Part shown: positions 24,350 through 39,908 of the stretch, one piece after another
How the letters are laid out: each line of letters starts with the position of its first letter
Position numbering within the stretch: the stretch's first letter is position 1
Source of the DNA: Prorocentrum cordatum
Taxonomy: Eukaryota
NCBI GenBank assembly: GCA_963575745.1
Contig: CAUYUJ010000137.1
Span: 620,001 to 667,758, forward strand
Direction: 5' to 3'
Length of the DNA: 47,758 nucleotides
The notes under the pieces: model-generated
The model's database searches: none
The model's input: the letters and a program-made list of their open reading frames with translations, nothing else
Told to the model about the DNA's origin: nothing
Made by a program: the position numbers and the translations under genes

Positions 24350-24894
24350 GAGGTTGGGAAAGAGATCGACGTGAACAAGAGACCCCCCGCCAAGAAGTCG
24401 TTTTCGGTTTCGTGTCGCGCGCGCGGGCGAGGCGAGGCTGCTTCGGCGGGCGAGGGGGGCGATCCCGCCGTGCTCAGGCAAAACCGAACAAAATCCCACC
24501 AGCCCTTTGGGCGTGAGTGGTTTAGAGAGCTCTCTCTGTCCTCAACCCCCCTTCTTCCCCTTCGGGGGGGGTTTACCCCTCCCCCTACCCCCTCCCCCTG
24601 GGCCTGGACAGGGAGTCCGGGGCGTAGTCAGGGGGGGTCTTTTTTGACTCCTGGGAGGGCCAAAAAACGACTACTCTCACGAGGATTCTGGCCCCGTCGG
24701 GGGGATACAGTTTGGCCCCTCTGCTCTTCTTGGAAGCCAAAATCATTGGTGTGACTAGGGTTTTGGCCCCATTTTGGCCTCCTGAAGGGGGCCGCGCTTC
24801 TCTTCCCTCATAGCAAAAACATTGATATTAGGAAGGTTTTGGCCTCATTTTGCCCTTCTCAGGGGGCAGCTCTCCCTTGCGCTTCTGCGGAGGT

Positions 24895-25155
24895 CGCAAG
24901 AGGCCCCAAGATGGCCCCAAGAGGCCCCCAGGAGGCTCCCAAGAGGCCCCCAAGAGGCCCCCCAGAGGCCCCCAAGCGGCCCCAAGGGGCCCCCAAGAGG
25001 CCCCCAAGAGGCCCCACGAGGCCCCAAGATGCCCCCAAGAGGCCCCCAAGAGGCCCCCAAGAGGCCCACGACGCCCCAAGAGGCCCCCAAGAGGCCCCCA
25101 AGAGGCCCCCACGAGGCCCCACGAGGCTCCAAGAGGCCCCCAAGAGGCCCCACGA
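24895..25155. repeat. (CCCCAAGAGG)-type minisatellite
   Basis: Directly visible ~11-bp units. Confidence 0.85.
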
Positions 25156-25560
25156 GGAGCCCGAACGACTCACATCAGGACGAGGGGCCCGAACGACTCA
25201 CACCACGAGAGCCCGAACGACTCACACCACAAGGAGGGGCCCGAACGACTCACACCAGGACGAGGCGCCCGAACGACTCACACCACGAGGAGCCCGAAGG
25301 ACTCGCACCACGACGCGGGCCCCGAACGACTCACACCACGAGGAGCCCGAACGAGTCACACCAGGAGGAGGGGCCCGAACGACTCACACCAGGATGAGGG
25401 GCCCGAACAACTCACACCACGAGAAGCCCGAACGACTCACACCAGGACGAAGAGCCCGAACGACTCACACCACGAAGAGCCCGAACGACTCACACCAGGA
25501 AGAAGGGCCCGAACGACTCCGACCAGGACGAGAAACCCCAAACGACTCAAACCACGAGGA
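25155..25560. repeat. Minisatellite, about 15 units with a CCCGAACGACTCACACCA core
   Basis: Units alternate at about 25 and 28 bp. Confidence 0.9.
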
Positions 25561-25989
25561 GCGCTTTCTCTCCCTCCTCCTTCGCCTCGTCCTTCCCCCG
25601 CCCCCCCCCCCCCACAAGGGGGATGCGCAAGGAGGCGGGGGGAAGGAGGAACAGGGGGGATATGCGGGGCCAAGCGGACACACGCCTGAACAACACGACT
25701 GTCGGCATGCTTCGCGAGAGTTGCTGCTGTGAGATGGGCTGGCGGGGATGCGCGAAGCGTAAAGAATGCATTTTGCGCGCCTCATCCGCGCACGTGGTCT
25801 CGCATTTGCAGAATCCGCCGGCCTCATGTTGGATGCCCTCTTCGCGCCAAGCACGTGAAAACGCATCCCAAACGCGCCCGCGCAAGACGCACGTCGAACC
25901 CTTTTCTTTCGGGCGCCTGCCGAGTGCCCCGAGCGGGGCTGCCCCAGACCCCCTGTCTTCTGACCTCGCCGCCCGTCGCCGGTCCAGGG

Positions 25990-29030
<3,041 letters not shown>

Positions 29031-29051
29031 GCTGGCCCCCCAAGTCCCCTG

Positions 29052-29879
29052 TCAACGCGACGTTTGCGCATTCCCGGCAGACGTTTTCTTATTTTCCCTC
29101 TGGGCCGCGGCCGCCTTCTCGAGCTTCTGCCGCTTGGCGTCGATGTCCACGGCAAGGGTGTCCGCCTCCTCGACGAACTCGAACAACTCTTCTTCCGACA
29201 TCTCTGGGTCCGTGGTGACAACGCGCTTCCTCCCTATGCTCCTCCGGATGCCCAGCTCCTGGCGCTCCAACTTCCGCAACTCGGCGACGGCCTCCACGGG
29301 GATGCCGCCCTTGCCCACCTGCATGTCCTTTTGTTCCGGCTCCTCCTCCTCGCCCTCGGCGATGATGCGGCGAAGCGCTGCGACCCCGTTGATATCCACC
29401 TGCAGTTGCTGCTGGCGCTTGTCGAGGTTCCCTTGGCCGTCTCCAGCTTCTTGGTCTCGACCTCGATCCTCTAGGTCTCGCGCTCGATCCAGCCCTTCTT
29501 CTGCTCGAGCTTGGCAGCCGCACTCGTGCTGTCCTTCGCGGCTGTTTTCTGCTTCTCCAGGTCCTTTTCGATGTTCTTGCGGGCCTCGGCAAGAATGGGG
29601 TCCGTGCCCAGGGCGGCGAGCGCCTCCTCTAGGATCGTGACCATGGCCGCCGCCTGCTTGCGGGAGTCGCCCAAACACCGCGGTTTCCGGCGGCTTCTGC
29701 ACGTTCTGGACATGATCAGCACAGCCACGGCAAGTCTGGCGGCTCATCCAATTGCCCATGCCACAACGCAGGCAAAGACACTCGTCCAAGCACCGCCAGC
29801 CGGAACAGCGCCGTCCGCGATATCCTCCGCCGCTGATATACTGCCATCCCATCATTCTACAGAGAACCCTACGGCGCAA
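29052..29879 (-). pseudogene. LINE ORF1 relic: RanBP2-type zinc finger plus coiled coil
   Basis: CLRCGMGNWMSRQTCRGC fits C-x2-C-x3-N-x6-C-x2-C; charged helical segments in two frames (29471-29728 and 29052-29440). Confidence 0.65.
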
Positions 29880-29957
29880 CTGTGAGGGGGCTCCGCGACG
29901 GGGCCCGGCGGCGTGTCTGAGTACTAGCTTGAATCTTTATCTTGAGCCTCAAACCCT

Positions 29958-30028
29958 TTCTCTCTCTCTCTCTTTCTCTCTCTCGTTCTCTCTCTCTCTC
30001 TCTATCCCTCTCTCTCTGTCTCTCTCTG

Positions 30029-30064
<36 letters not shown>

Positions 30065-30160
30065 AACATTTACATATATATACACATCTATATATATATA
30101 TACATATATATATTTATATATATTATATATATATATATATATAATATATATATATATATA
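29958..30160. repeat. (CT)n then (TA)n microsatellite
   Basis: Directly visible. Confidence 0.95.
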
Positions 30161-30446
30161 TCCGTGCACGTAGTTAGTTCAAGTGCGAAGAGTCCACCGA
30201 ACACATGATAGGTATCCTCCAACCTGGGGGCACTCTGAGCGCCAGACGCAATGGGGAGAACACATTCGAGATGCATGCGAGCAACACGCAGACTGGAGGC
30301 CCCCTGGAACATTGATGTCCCCAGAAGATGAATCAAATACATGACCATAAACTTTCGGAGGTCCTCACGGAATTCTCGGACCCGCCTCCCTGGGGCGCAG
30401 ACCGCGCCACGAGCGGCGCCAGAGGCGCCGCTCCCAAGACATTCGC

Positions 30447-31525
30447 GCGGACCCCTGAACATTCGTCCGTTATGCACGGCTGGCTCGTGTCGCGACTCCG
30501 GCGTTGGTTTCTGCCGCCGCGTGGCTCGTTCGACCTGGAACGATCGGCAGATCTTCGATCGCTGGATCGTCCCAGACTGGCCGAGTCTGGGCCACTGGCG
30601 GCGTTCCACCCTGAACGCCCGCGGCGCGGCCGCTGGCGCGTCGACTGGACACGAGCCTACCGTAATTGCTGGTTCGTCGGCTCCCTGCCTCCTCCCTTCC
30701 CCCCTCTTATGGGGAAGCCAAAAGGTACCGATAGCTGCTACTCCCCGTCAACAAACAATGGCATAAACACAACATGTCCGAAATCATTGTTTGTTCCCGT
30801 AGAAACACGGTGCCCACATCGCTACCCGTCCTGAGCTTCCCCCCTTTCTGGGTTTCCGGGGAAGCCCTCGTCGCCACCGCTGGATTCGCCTCGAAGTCCC
30901 GGTCAGAACGCGCCCCGGGAGAGGTCTGGGGGGCAGCGGTATCGGTACCTGTTGGTTTTCCCAGATGCGTCCCCGCTTACCTGCAGGTCCACCAAAGACT
31001 GTTCTAAGAACCTTCTGGTTTGCACGACATGTTCTCAGAGCATATCATGCTGAGGCCGTCTTGTTTTGACACATCGGCCTTATACTTATGTTCTACGAAC
31101 TTTGTTTTCGATCTCAGGACATTATTCGGTTCTAAGACCATCTCGTGGTAGGCCTATAGGAATGCCGGGACGAACGGGCCCTTCTCAAAGAGGGGGGAAG
31201 ATCGCAGGAGGAAAAGTTACCCATACCGCTACCCTTTGCTCGTTTTCACCCCTGGATAGGTCCGGGGAGTAGCAGCTATCGGTACCTTCTGGCTTCCCCA
31301 GAAGAGGGGGGAAGGGAGGAAGCAGGGAGCCGACGAACCAACAATTACGGTAGGCTCGTGTCGAACGCCGCCAGTGGCCCAGACTCGGCCAGTCTGGGAC
31401 GATCCAGCGATCGAAGATCTGCCGATCGTTCCAGGTCGAACGAGCCACGCGGTGGCAGAAACCAACGCCGGAGTCGTGGCGACACGAGCCAGCCGTGCAT
31501 AACGGACGAATGTTCAGGGGTCCGC
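30447..31525. repeat. Long inverted repeat, arms 30447-30747 and 31263-31525
   Basis: Arms are highly similar reverse complements; the left arm has about 40 extra bp. Confidence 0.9.
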
Positions 31526-31594
31526 CTTTTGGTCTCCCCAGAGGCGTCCCAAAGCCAGGGGAGGCTAGGCGGAGGAGGAGGGGGAGGCAGAGGA

Positions 31595-31627
<33 letters not shown>

Positions 31628-33003
31628 AGGAGGAGGAGGAGGAGGAGGAGGAGGAGGAGGAGGAGGAGGAGGGGGAGGGGGGGAGGGGGAGGGGGAGGGG
31701 GAGGGGAGGGGAGGGGAGGGAGAGGAGGAGGAGGAGGAGGAGGAGGAGGAGGAGGAGGAGGAGGAGGAGGAGGAGGAGGAGGAGGAGGAGGAGGAGGAGG
31801 AGAGGAGGAGGAGGAGGAGGGAGGAGGAGGAGGAGGGAGGGGGAGGAGGGGAGGGGGAGGGGGAGGAGGGGGAGGGGAGGAGGAGGAGGAGGAGGAGGAG
31901 GAGGAGGAGGAGGAGGAAGGAGGAGGAGGAGGAGGAGGGGAGGAGGAGGAGGAGGAGGAGGGGAGAGGAGGAGAGAGGTGGGAGGAGAGGAGGAGGAGGA
32001 GGAGGAGGGGGAGGAGGAGGGGGAGGGGGAGGAGGAGGAGGAGGAGGAGCTTCCTCCTCTGAGCCTCGCCGCTGCTCGACCCTTCGCTCGCCGCGCGGCC
32101 CCGCGGGGCCTGCCCGGGAGGTGCGGCTGCGCGGCCCGCGGCCCGCGGTCGCCGCCGCCCACGGCCAGCAGGGCGCCCCTGGCGGGAGGGCGCGGGGCTG
32201 CGGGAGTAAGGAGTCCACGAAGGACGTACGCGCCCAGCTATGTGCATGAACACGGCCCCTCGATTCGCGAGACCGGCCGCGTTATACGAACATTTGTGCA
32301 ATGCGTGCTCTCGAAACCAGCGTGGATTCATGTACATGTACGTCCTTCTTTCGCTCCTGAGGGAGGGCGCGGGGCTGCGCGTGCGGGCACTCGCAGGGGA
32401 TATGCCGACCCCTATCCCAGGCTTCGTGGGGTGTTCGAGTGGACCAGAAGTCTGGGGCCCGAGCATCGGGATAGACGATAGGGGGGGCGTCCATCCTCGA
32501 TGTAGGGGTGCGTCCGAACAGCCAGGGTATCCCTCCTTCTCTGAGCGGCCAAAAACTTTTCGGGCGGAGCTCGGGGATGGGAGCAGAAAAACCGCCTGCG
32601 AGGCATCGTGCCTGGAGGCCTGGAAACGGGCACCAACACCAGCACAGGGCGTTGCCTCCACAGGGGGGAAGAGCATCCCAGATTTCGGTGCTGGAAGCCA
32701 GAATATTGCCACCATCACCGAGATCGGAATGTCCTTCCCGCGGTGGAGGCACACCGCCGATATTGGTGTTGGTGTCAACCTCCAGGCCTGTGACGTTCGG
32801 TTGAGCAGGGACCGACCGTCCCGGCAATCCTAATAGGCCTACCACAAATAGTTCTTAGAACCCAGAAGTGTTATGGAAACAACAAGTGTTCTCAGAGCGT
32901 AAGCCCGATGCATTGAACCGAGACGGTCTCGGCCAGAAATGTTCTAACAACATGTCGTGCAAAAGGGCCTTAGAACACTATCTGATGGGCCTATAGGCGA
33001 GCC
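30975..33003. repeat. Diverged inverted repeat, arms about 30975-31188 and 32801-33003
   Basis: TTGCACGACATGTT pairs with AACATGTCGTGCAA; GTGGTAGGCCTATAGG..TGCCGGGACG pairs with its reverse complement. Confidence 0.75.
31570..32049. repeat. (GGA)n purine tract
   Basis: Directly visible; similar tracts at 9600-9940, 35335-35705, 40600-40725 (complement) and 41680-42235. Confidence 0.95.
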
Positions 33004-33230
33004 AGGCCGCTTCGCCACTGCTTGATTCGGCGAGACGCACAGCCGGACCTGGGCCAGAAGAACATCCGTCAAGAACATCTTGTGAGGAATCCGCCGACCC
33101 CTTGGGGTTCATCGGCGTGTGAGATGTTCCCCCTCCCCAAACCCCTCCCCCGGGAGCCCGGTCCGGTCCATTTGGAGGGGGGGGGGGTCCGGCCGGACGG
33201 GCCGGAACCCCCCGGAGGTCTCATCCGCTC

Positions 33231-35320
33231 CCGAAAAACGTGAAAAAACACGCGAAATTCGTGTAGGGACGCGTCTGGTGGCCTCGAAATGGGTTTGGGA
33301 CGCCCCACGAGCGCTCCAAGACGTCCAAGTTTGCCCGAAGACGGGCCACGAGGCGTCCTCGACGGCAGAAGAGGTCCCCACGAGCTCCCCTGAGGGCCTC
33401 CGAGATGCGCTCCACAAGGGTCCCTAGACGCCAAAATTGGGCCATTCCCTTCGTGAAATGTACATTTTAAAAAATTCAGCTTTGGATCTTTCCGATGCTC
33501 CCCGACGGCCCAAGAGGCTCCCAAACCCGCTCCCAGACGGCCCCAGAAGCCTCGCAGAGGGTCCCCCACAGACCCCTAGAGGGCCCAAGATGGGCCAACA
33601 GGCGTCCAAGACGGCCCAAGAGGGCTCCGAAAACGGCCCCAAAAGCGTTCCAGGAACGCTCCGAGATGCTTCCCCGAAGCTCCACATGGTCCCAGACGGT
33701 CCAAGAGCGATCATAAACATCGACGACGACCTCCCGACGGCTCACGAGGCCTCCCCAGACGCCCCCACAGGCATCCAAGATTCCCCCCAAGAGGCCCTCT
33801 AGACGCAAAAAATCGTTTGTTTCCTTCGTAAAACGTTTTTGTTTTCACACGTGCGCTTTTGGGGGTGACGAAAAACGTTGAAAAACACGTGAAATGTGTG
33901 TAGGGACGCGTCTGGTGGCTTCGAAATGGATTTGGGACGCCCCACGAGCGCTCCAAGACGTCCAAGTTTGCCCGAAGACGGGCCACGAGGCGTCCTCGAC
34001 GGCAGAAGAGGTCCCCACGAGCACCCCCGAGGGCCTCCGAGATGCGTTCCACAAGGGTCCCTAGACGCCAAAATTGGGCCATTCCCTTCGTGAAATGTAC
34101 ATTTAAAAAAATTCAGCTTTGGATCTTTCCGATGCTCCCCGACGGCCCAAGAGGCTCCCAAACCCGCTCCCAGACGGCCCCAGAAGCCTCGCAGAGGGTC
34201 CCCCACAGACCCCTAGAGGGCCCAAGATGGGCCAACAGGCGTCCAAGACGGCCCAAGAGGGCTCCGAAAACGGCCCCAAGAGTGTTCCAGGAGCGCTCCG
34301 AGTTGCTTCCCCGAAGCTCCACATGGTCCCAGACGGTCCAAGAGCGAAAAGAAACATCGACGACAACCTCCCGACGGCTCACGAGGCCTCCCCAGACGCC
34401 CCCACAGGCATCCAAGATTCCCCCCAAGAGGCCCTCTGGACGCAAAAAATCGTTTGTTTCCTTCGTAAAACGTATATTGTTTCACACGTGCGCCTTTGAG
34501 GGTGACCCCCGCTCCTGCACGGCCCCAAAGCCCCCCAAACCCGCTCCCAGACGGTCCAAGACGCCTCCAAGAAGGTCCGTACATAGGCCTCGAGGGCCCC
34601 AAGACGCGCCAACACACGTCCAAGACGGCCCAGAAAGGGCTCCGAAAACGGCCCCGAGAGCGCTCCAGGAGCGGTCCGAATGGCCTCGAAGAGAGCTCCA
34701 CATGGTCCTCGACCGTACAAGGGCGATCAAAAACGCTGACGACGGCCTCCAAACGGCTGAAGAGGCCCCCAAGACGCCCCAAGAGGCATCCACGATGCGC
34801 CCACAGAGGGCCTCTAGACGCAAAAAATCCTTCGTTTCCTTCGTCAAACGTATATTGTTTCACACGTGCGCCTTTTGGGGTGCCCCCCGCTCCTGGACGG
34901 CCCCAGAGCCACCCAAACCCGCTCCCAGACGGCCCAAGACGCCCCCAAGAGGGTTCCCACAGAGCCCTCGAGGGCCCCAAGACGCGCAAACACACGTCCA
35001 AGACGGCCTAAAAGGGCTCCGAAAACGGCTCCGAGAGCGCTCCAGGAGCGGTCCGAGCGGCCTCGACAAGAGCTCCACATGGTCCTCGACGGTCCAAGAG
35101 CGATCCAAAACGCTGACGACGGCCTCCCGACGGCTGCAGAGGCCCCCCAAGACGCCCCACGAGGCTTTCACTATGCGCCCCTGGAGGGCCTCTCGCTGTA
35201 TAAAATCGCCCGTTCTCTTTGTAAAACGTGTATTTTTCGTACGTGCGCCTTCTGGGGCGCTCCGGGGCGGCCCGAGAGCCTCCCAAGACCGCACCAAGAC
35301 GGTCCAAGAAGCCTCCACGA
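33231..35320. repeat. Tandem array: two ~637-bp units followed by ~378-bp sub-units
   Basis: Unit starts near 33231 and 33869; GACGCAAAAAATC anchor near 33802, 34439, 34817. Confidence 0.85.
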
Positions 35321-37088
35321 GGGCCCCGCGACAGGAGAAGGAGGGGGTGGGGAGGAGGAGCAGGAGGAGGAGAAGGAGGAGGAGGAAGAGGACAAGGAGG
35401 GGGAGGAAGAGGAGGAGAAGGCCGGGAAGGGAAGGGGGATAAGGAGGAGAAGAAGGCGGGGGAGGAGGAGGAGGAGGAGGAGGAGGAGGAGGAGGAGGAG
35501 GAGGAGGAGGAAGAGGAGGAGAGGGACGAAGGGCGGGAGGAGGAACAGCAGGAGAAGCACAAAAAGGAGGAGAAGAAGGCGGGGAAGGGAAGGGAAGAAG
35601 GACGTGGACGAGGAGGAGGAGGAGGAAGGGCAGGAGAAGGAAGAGGAGGAGAGGCAGAAAGAGGAGCAAGAGGGAGGAGCAGGGGGAGGAGGAGAGGAGG
35701 AGAGGGAGCCGATCATCGTCATCAGTGTCGTGATCATCAACGACGTCATTGCCATCGACAAGGTCAGCCCAAACATCTCCGAACATTAACAGTTAGCGGG
35801 ACATCCCGCTTGGAAACCGCCGACAACCGTAAGATGTCTCCGGGGTGTAACATACTTCCCTGGCTCCGGCACCCGTGCAAGGCCCAAAACACAACCCAAA
35901 AAACCTCCCTGTGCCGTCTTGGGGTTCGCTTGGGCCGTCTGGAAGCCCTCTGGGCCAGTTTGCGACCCATGTCGGCTCCCCTTCTCGCTGTGACGGGCCC
36001 TGAACAACCTCATTTTCCCACGGTTTGCAAGGAAGCTGTGGTGAACGATCCCGGGGAAAATCCAAGGGGTCGGCGGATGTGGCGGAAGCCTGAAGAATCA
36101 CCCTCCTCCGGCTCTCGTTCCTCATCCGATGTCTTGGAGATCTCGTGGGATTCTCTTGGGGGCCTTCTGGAGACGTCGTAGTAGCCACCTTGGAGGCCCT
36201 TGGGGGCGTCTCTTGGGGTCTGTCGGGGGCCTCTTGGGCCTGGTGGGAGCCTCTTGGGACCTCTTGGGCGTCTCCTGGAGGCCATTCGGAACCTCTCGGA
36301 GGCATCTTTGGGGCCTCGTGGGGGCCCCCCTCGGGCTTCTGGGAAGCCTCTTGGAGCCTCTCGGGGCGGTTTGGGGCGCCTCTCGGGAGAATCTTGGGGT
36401 GCTCGTGAGGTCATGCGGCAGCCTCGGAAGGCGTCCAAAACCGTCGTGAAGCCCTCCCGGGGCGCAAGCCCAGGAGGGCGGTACCGAGGATTTGCCGAAG
36501 ATGTTCCCGAGGTGGGCGGGGCTGGACGGGGAGTCGTATGTGAGTATACCACAGCCCCCGCAGTTTCGAATAAGAGTGACGGGACGGCGGGGTCGTCGGC
36601 AGTCTGCGAGGCCCTGAAGAGGCCCTCAGCAGGCGCCGACTTTAAATTATCCCGGCAAAGCAACCTAACAGCGATGTGTAGAAGCATAGCTGGAAACATT
36701 GCCTGTGGTATTCATGTAAGAGTGCTGTTGTAGAATTATGGTGTTCTCGCAGTCGCATTCGGATTCGCAGTGGCAGTCGCAGTGGCAACATCAGCGGCAG
36801 TCGCAGTGGCACTGCCAGTAGATGCAGTAGCAATAGCTACACTAGCAGCAGCAACAGCAGCAGCAGCAGTAATAGTAACAGTAGTAGTAGCAGTAGAAGT
36901 AGTAGTGATGGTAGTAGTGGTAACAGTGAAGTAGTAGTTGTAGTGTGTGGAGTGAACGAGTAGGAGTGATGGGAGCAGTGGTAGTAGCAGTAGAAACACT
37001 GCTTTCGATAACGGTATCTCCAAATGAGATCTTTGTATAAATGCATTGAGGTCTAAACAAGACACTGCTATCAACGGATGTGATTCCG

Positions 37089-37442
37089 GCGGGCATTCAA
37101 AATGTGGCCCGGGAGTGGAGTTCTGGGAAGTGGAAGAGCACGAAGTGGCCCACAATTGGCTCCGGGCATTCAAAATGTGGCCCGGGAATGGTGTTCTGGG
37201 AAGTCCAAGAGCACGAAGTGGCCTACAGTCAGTTGGCTCCGGGCATCCAAAATGTGGCCCGAGAGTTGAGTTCTGGGAAGTCGAAGAGCACGAAGTGGCC
37301 TACAGCTGGCTCCGGGCATCCAAAATGTGGCCCGGGAATGGAGTTCTAGGAAGTCGAAGATCACGAAGTGGCCTACAGTTGTCTCCGGGCATTCAAAATG
37401 TGGCCCGGGAATGGAGTTCTGGGAGGTCGAAGAGCACGAAGT
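37089..37442. repeat. Tandem repeat, 5 units of ~73 bp
   Basis: CCGGGCATTCAAAATGTGGCCCGGGAATGGAGTTCTGGGAAGTCGAAGAGCACGAAGTGG repeated. Confidence 0.9.
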
Positions 37443-38127
37443 GTGTGACTGTTTGCTTAAAACGAGCCCGGCCCTCGCCTGTCCGGCTCCAGCCCAGACC
37501 CCCCTGGGGAGTCATCAGATGCTCTCTTTTGACCCCATTAGAAACCTATCAGTCTTCGCTGTTAGGTAAAAATGGCACGCCGAGCCCGCCACAGGGGACG
37601 AATGTTCGTCAAAACAGAATGGGTGGGGTTGTGTGAGGGTCGCGTGTGGGTCGCGAGTGAATCGCGGGTGGGTCGCGGGGTGGGTCGCGGGGGTGAGTCG
37701 CGGGCGAGGACGACGACAACAAACACACGAGCAAACAAACGAACAAACAAACATAACCAGCGCCGCGGAATTCCATTTCAGCTACGCACCAAGGGACCAA
37801 GGGACAGTAAGTGACCGTGCTGCCCCATCACTCTGATATGTTAGTCAGCGTCGCTGCGCTGGGTGGATCCGCCGAAGTCGCGCCACTTTGCCACCCGTGC
37901 CACCTCATGGGCGCTCGTGGGCGCCACGTGTGCTGAGCGTACACCGCAGAGCTTGCACCCCATAGAATTCATGGAATACGTAGCACACCGCAGATGCGGA
38001 TAAGAGTGAGGGGACGGTGGGGACGTCGGCAGTCTGCGAGACTCTGGAGAAGCCCGCCGCAGGTGCCAAAGTTTCACAAATCATACAACGAGCCCGCCGC
38101 AAGCGCAGATTTTTTCGTTAAACCAAT

Positions 38128-38410
38128 GTGGGTGGGTCGCGGGTGGGTCGCGGGTGGATCGCGGGTTGGGTCGCGGGTGGGTCGCGGGGTGGGTCGCGGG
38201 ATTGTCGCGGGTGGGGTCGCTTGGTTGGTCGGTGGGTCGCGGGTGGGTTCCGCGGTGGGTCGCGGGGTGGTTTGCGGTGGGTCGCGGGCGTGTTGGGTCG
38301 CGAGTGGGTCGCGTGTGGGTCGCGGGATGGGGTCCGTTCGTGGGGTCGCGCGGGGGGTTCGCGGGGTGGGTTCCGGGGGTGGGTCGCGGATGGCCCGACC
38401 GACTAAAAAC

Positions 38411-38449
<39 letters not shown>

Positions 38450-38468
38450 AACAACAACAACAACAACA

Positions 38469-38555
<87 letters not shown>
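38128..38555. repeat. (GTGGGTCGCGG)n minisatellite followed by (CAA)n
   Basis: Directly visible; related tracts at 37635-37705 and 39844-39950. Confidence 0.9.
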
Positions 38556-39872
38556 AAACAATCATTTTACCCGAACGCTCAGTGTTCTCCCCAGTGCCAG
38601 GGTTTTCATGCGACGCCAGCCAATACCCCCACTTCGTGGGGGGGCAATGCAAGCTCTACCAAACATCCACACGACTCTAGGGAACCACCCACACCCAGCT
38701 TCCCGCCCTATGACGTCAGGACACTTCACTTCGTGGCGCGCGGACGATCGTGGACGATGTGACAGTGATCAGTCGGAGGCTTCCTGGGGCCGCTTGGGGT
38801 CCTCTTGGGGTAGGGGGGAAGCCTCCTGAAGCCGCTTGGGGTCCTCTTAAGCTTTGGGGGGCTTCTTGGAAGCATCTTGGGGCCTCTTGGGAGCTTATTG
38901 GGTCCTCACGGCGGGCTCTTGAGGCCTCTTGAAGGCCTCCTGGGGCAACGTATGGCGCAACCAGTAGGGAGCGGTTTATTCTCGGCGGCCGAGGGCGCAA
39001 CCTATGGCGCAACCAATAGGAGGGCGTTTTATTCTCGGCGGCCGAGGGCGCAACCTATGGCGCAACCGCAAGGGATTCTGGCCCCTGGCAGGCGCGCGAA
39101 CCCCGTTGCAAGAGCGTGCGAAAGTAGCTCGCGCGAGCTCATGTCACATAAATATTGGAAAACCATTGGTTTTTTGAGGATTCGGACAGCGCGCGCGGGT
39201 GGAAATTTTGAAAAGTCGTGCAGCTGTTTTTCGAGGACCTACGGTGCGATTCGTGTGATTTTATGATGCGCGGTGGTAAAATTCTTAAAAACCCAATGGT
39301 TTTTGTAGATTTCGGCGCGCGCGCGCCAACGAATGTGTCCCGCATGGTATTATTTGACAGGGATGATGGCCCTGGCAGTTGCGCAACCGTTGTCGCAGAA
39401 GTTTGAAAAAGTTGCTCGCGAAAGCCCGTTTGACAAAATTGTTTAAAAAGTGATGGTTTTCCTACGAATCCGCAAGAGCGCGCGGGATGAGATTTTGACA
39501 ATTTTTTATTTAAAAAACCATTGGGTTTTTGATGTTTTTATGTTGAAATCGTTCCGAAACCTAAGGTTTTGGAACGATTTCGTCTTGCACGCGCGAATGT
39601 CCACTTTAGCTTATTTTTTGCAAGGGATTCTTGAAATTGGATTACATTTGAACAAGAAATTTCATTTTATAGTGTTTTTTGCAAGGGAAAACGGGGGGGA
39701 ACAAAACAACCGGATCCGGTACTAATCCACTTTTCTGAAGCTTCCGCGAAAAAATGATGAAAATGTAGCTGCGGCCTAGGTTTTGGAGGGGGGTCGTGTA
39801 CCAGGGGCCCCAACAATAATTATTCTTTAGAAGTAATAATGTTCAACAACAACAACAACAATGACAACAACC

Positions 39873-39908
<36 letters not shown>

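Noticed and set aside
24760..24790. CCATTTTGGCC resembling DinoSL
   Set aside because: It lacks the CTCAAG end and sits among several TTTTGGCC motifs of a repeat
25155..25560. CRISPR-like short repeat array (also 37089-37442)
   Set aside because: No unique spacers; these are ordinary tandem repeats
31185..32778. Long Pro/Gly/Glu/Arg-rich ORFs (also 9455-10103, 34860-36181, 41214-42410)
   Set aside because: These are (GGA)n tract translations
36555..38065. ~80-bp direct repeat at about 36555-36633 and 37985-38063
   Set aside because: Diverged, with no LTR termini, PBS or TSD; treated as an ordinary dispersed repeat
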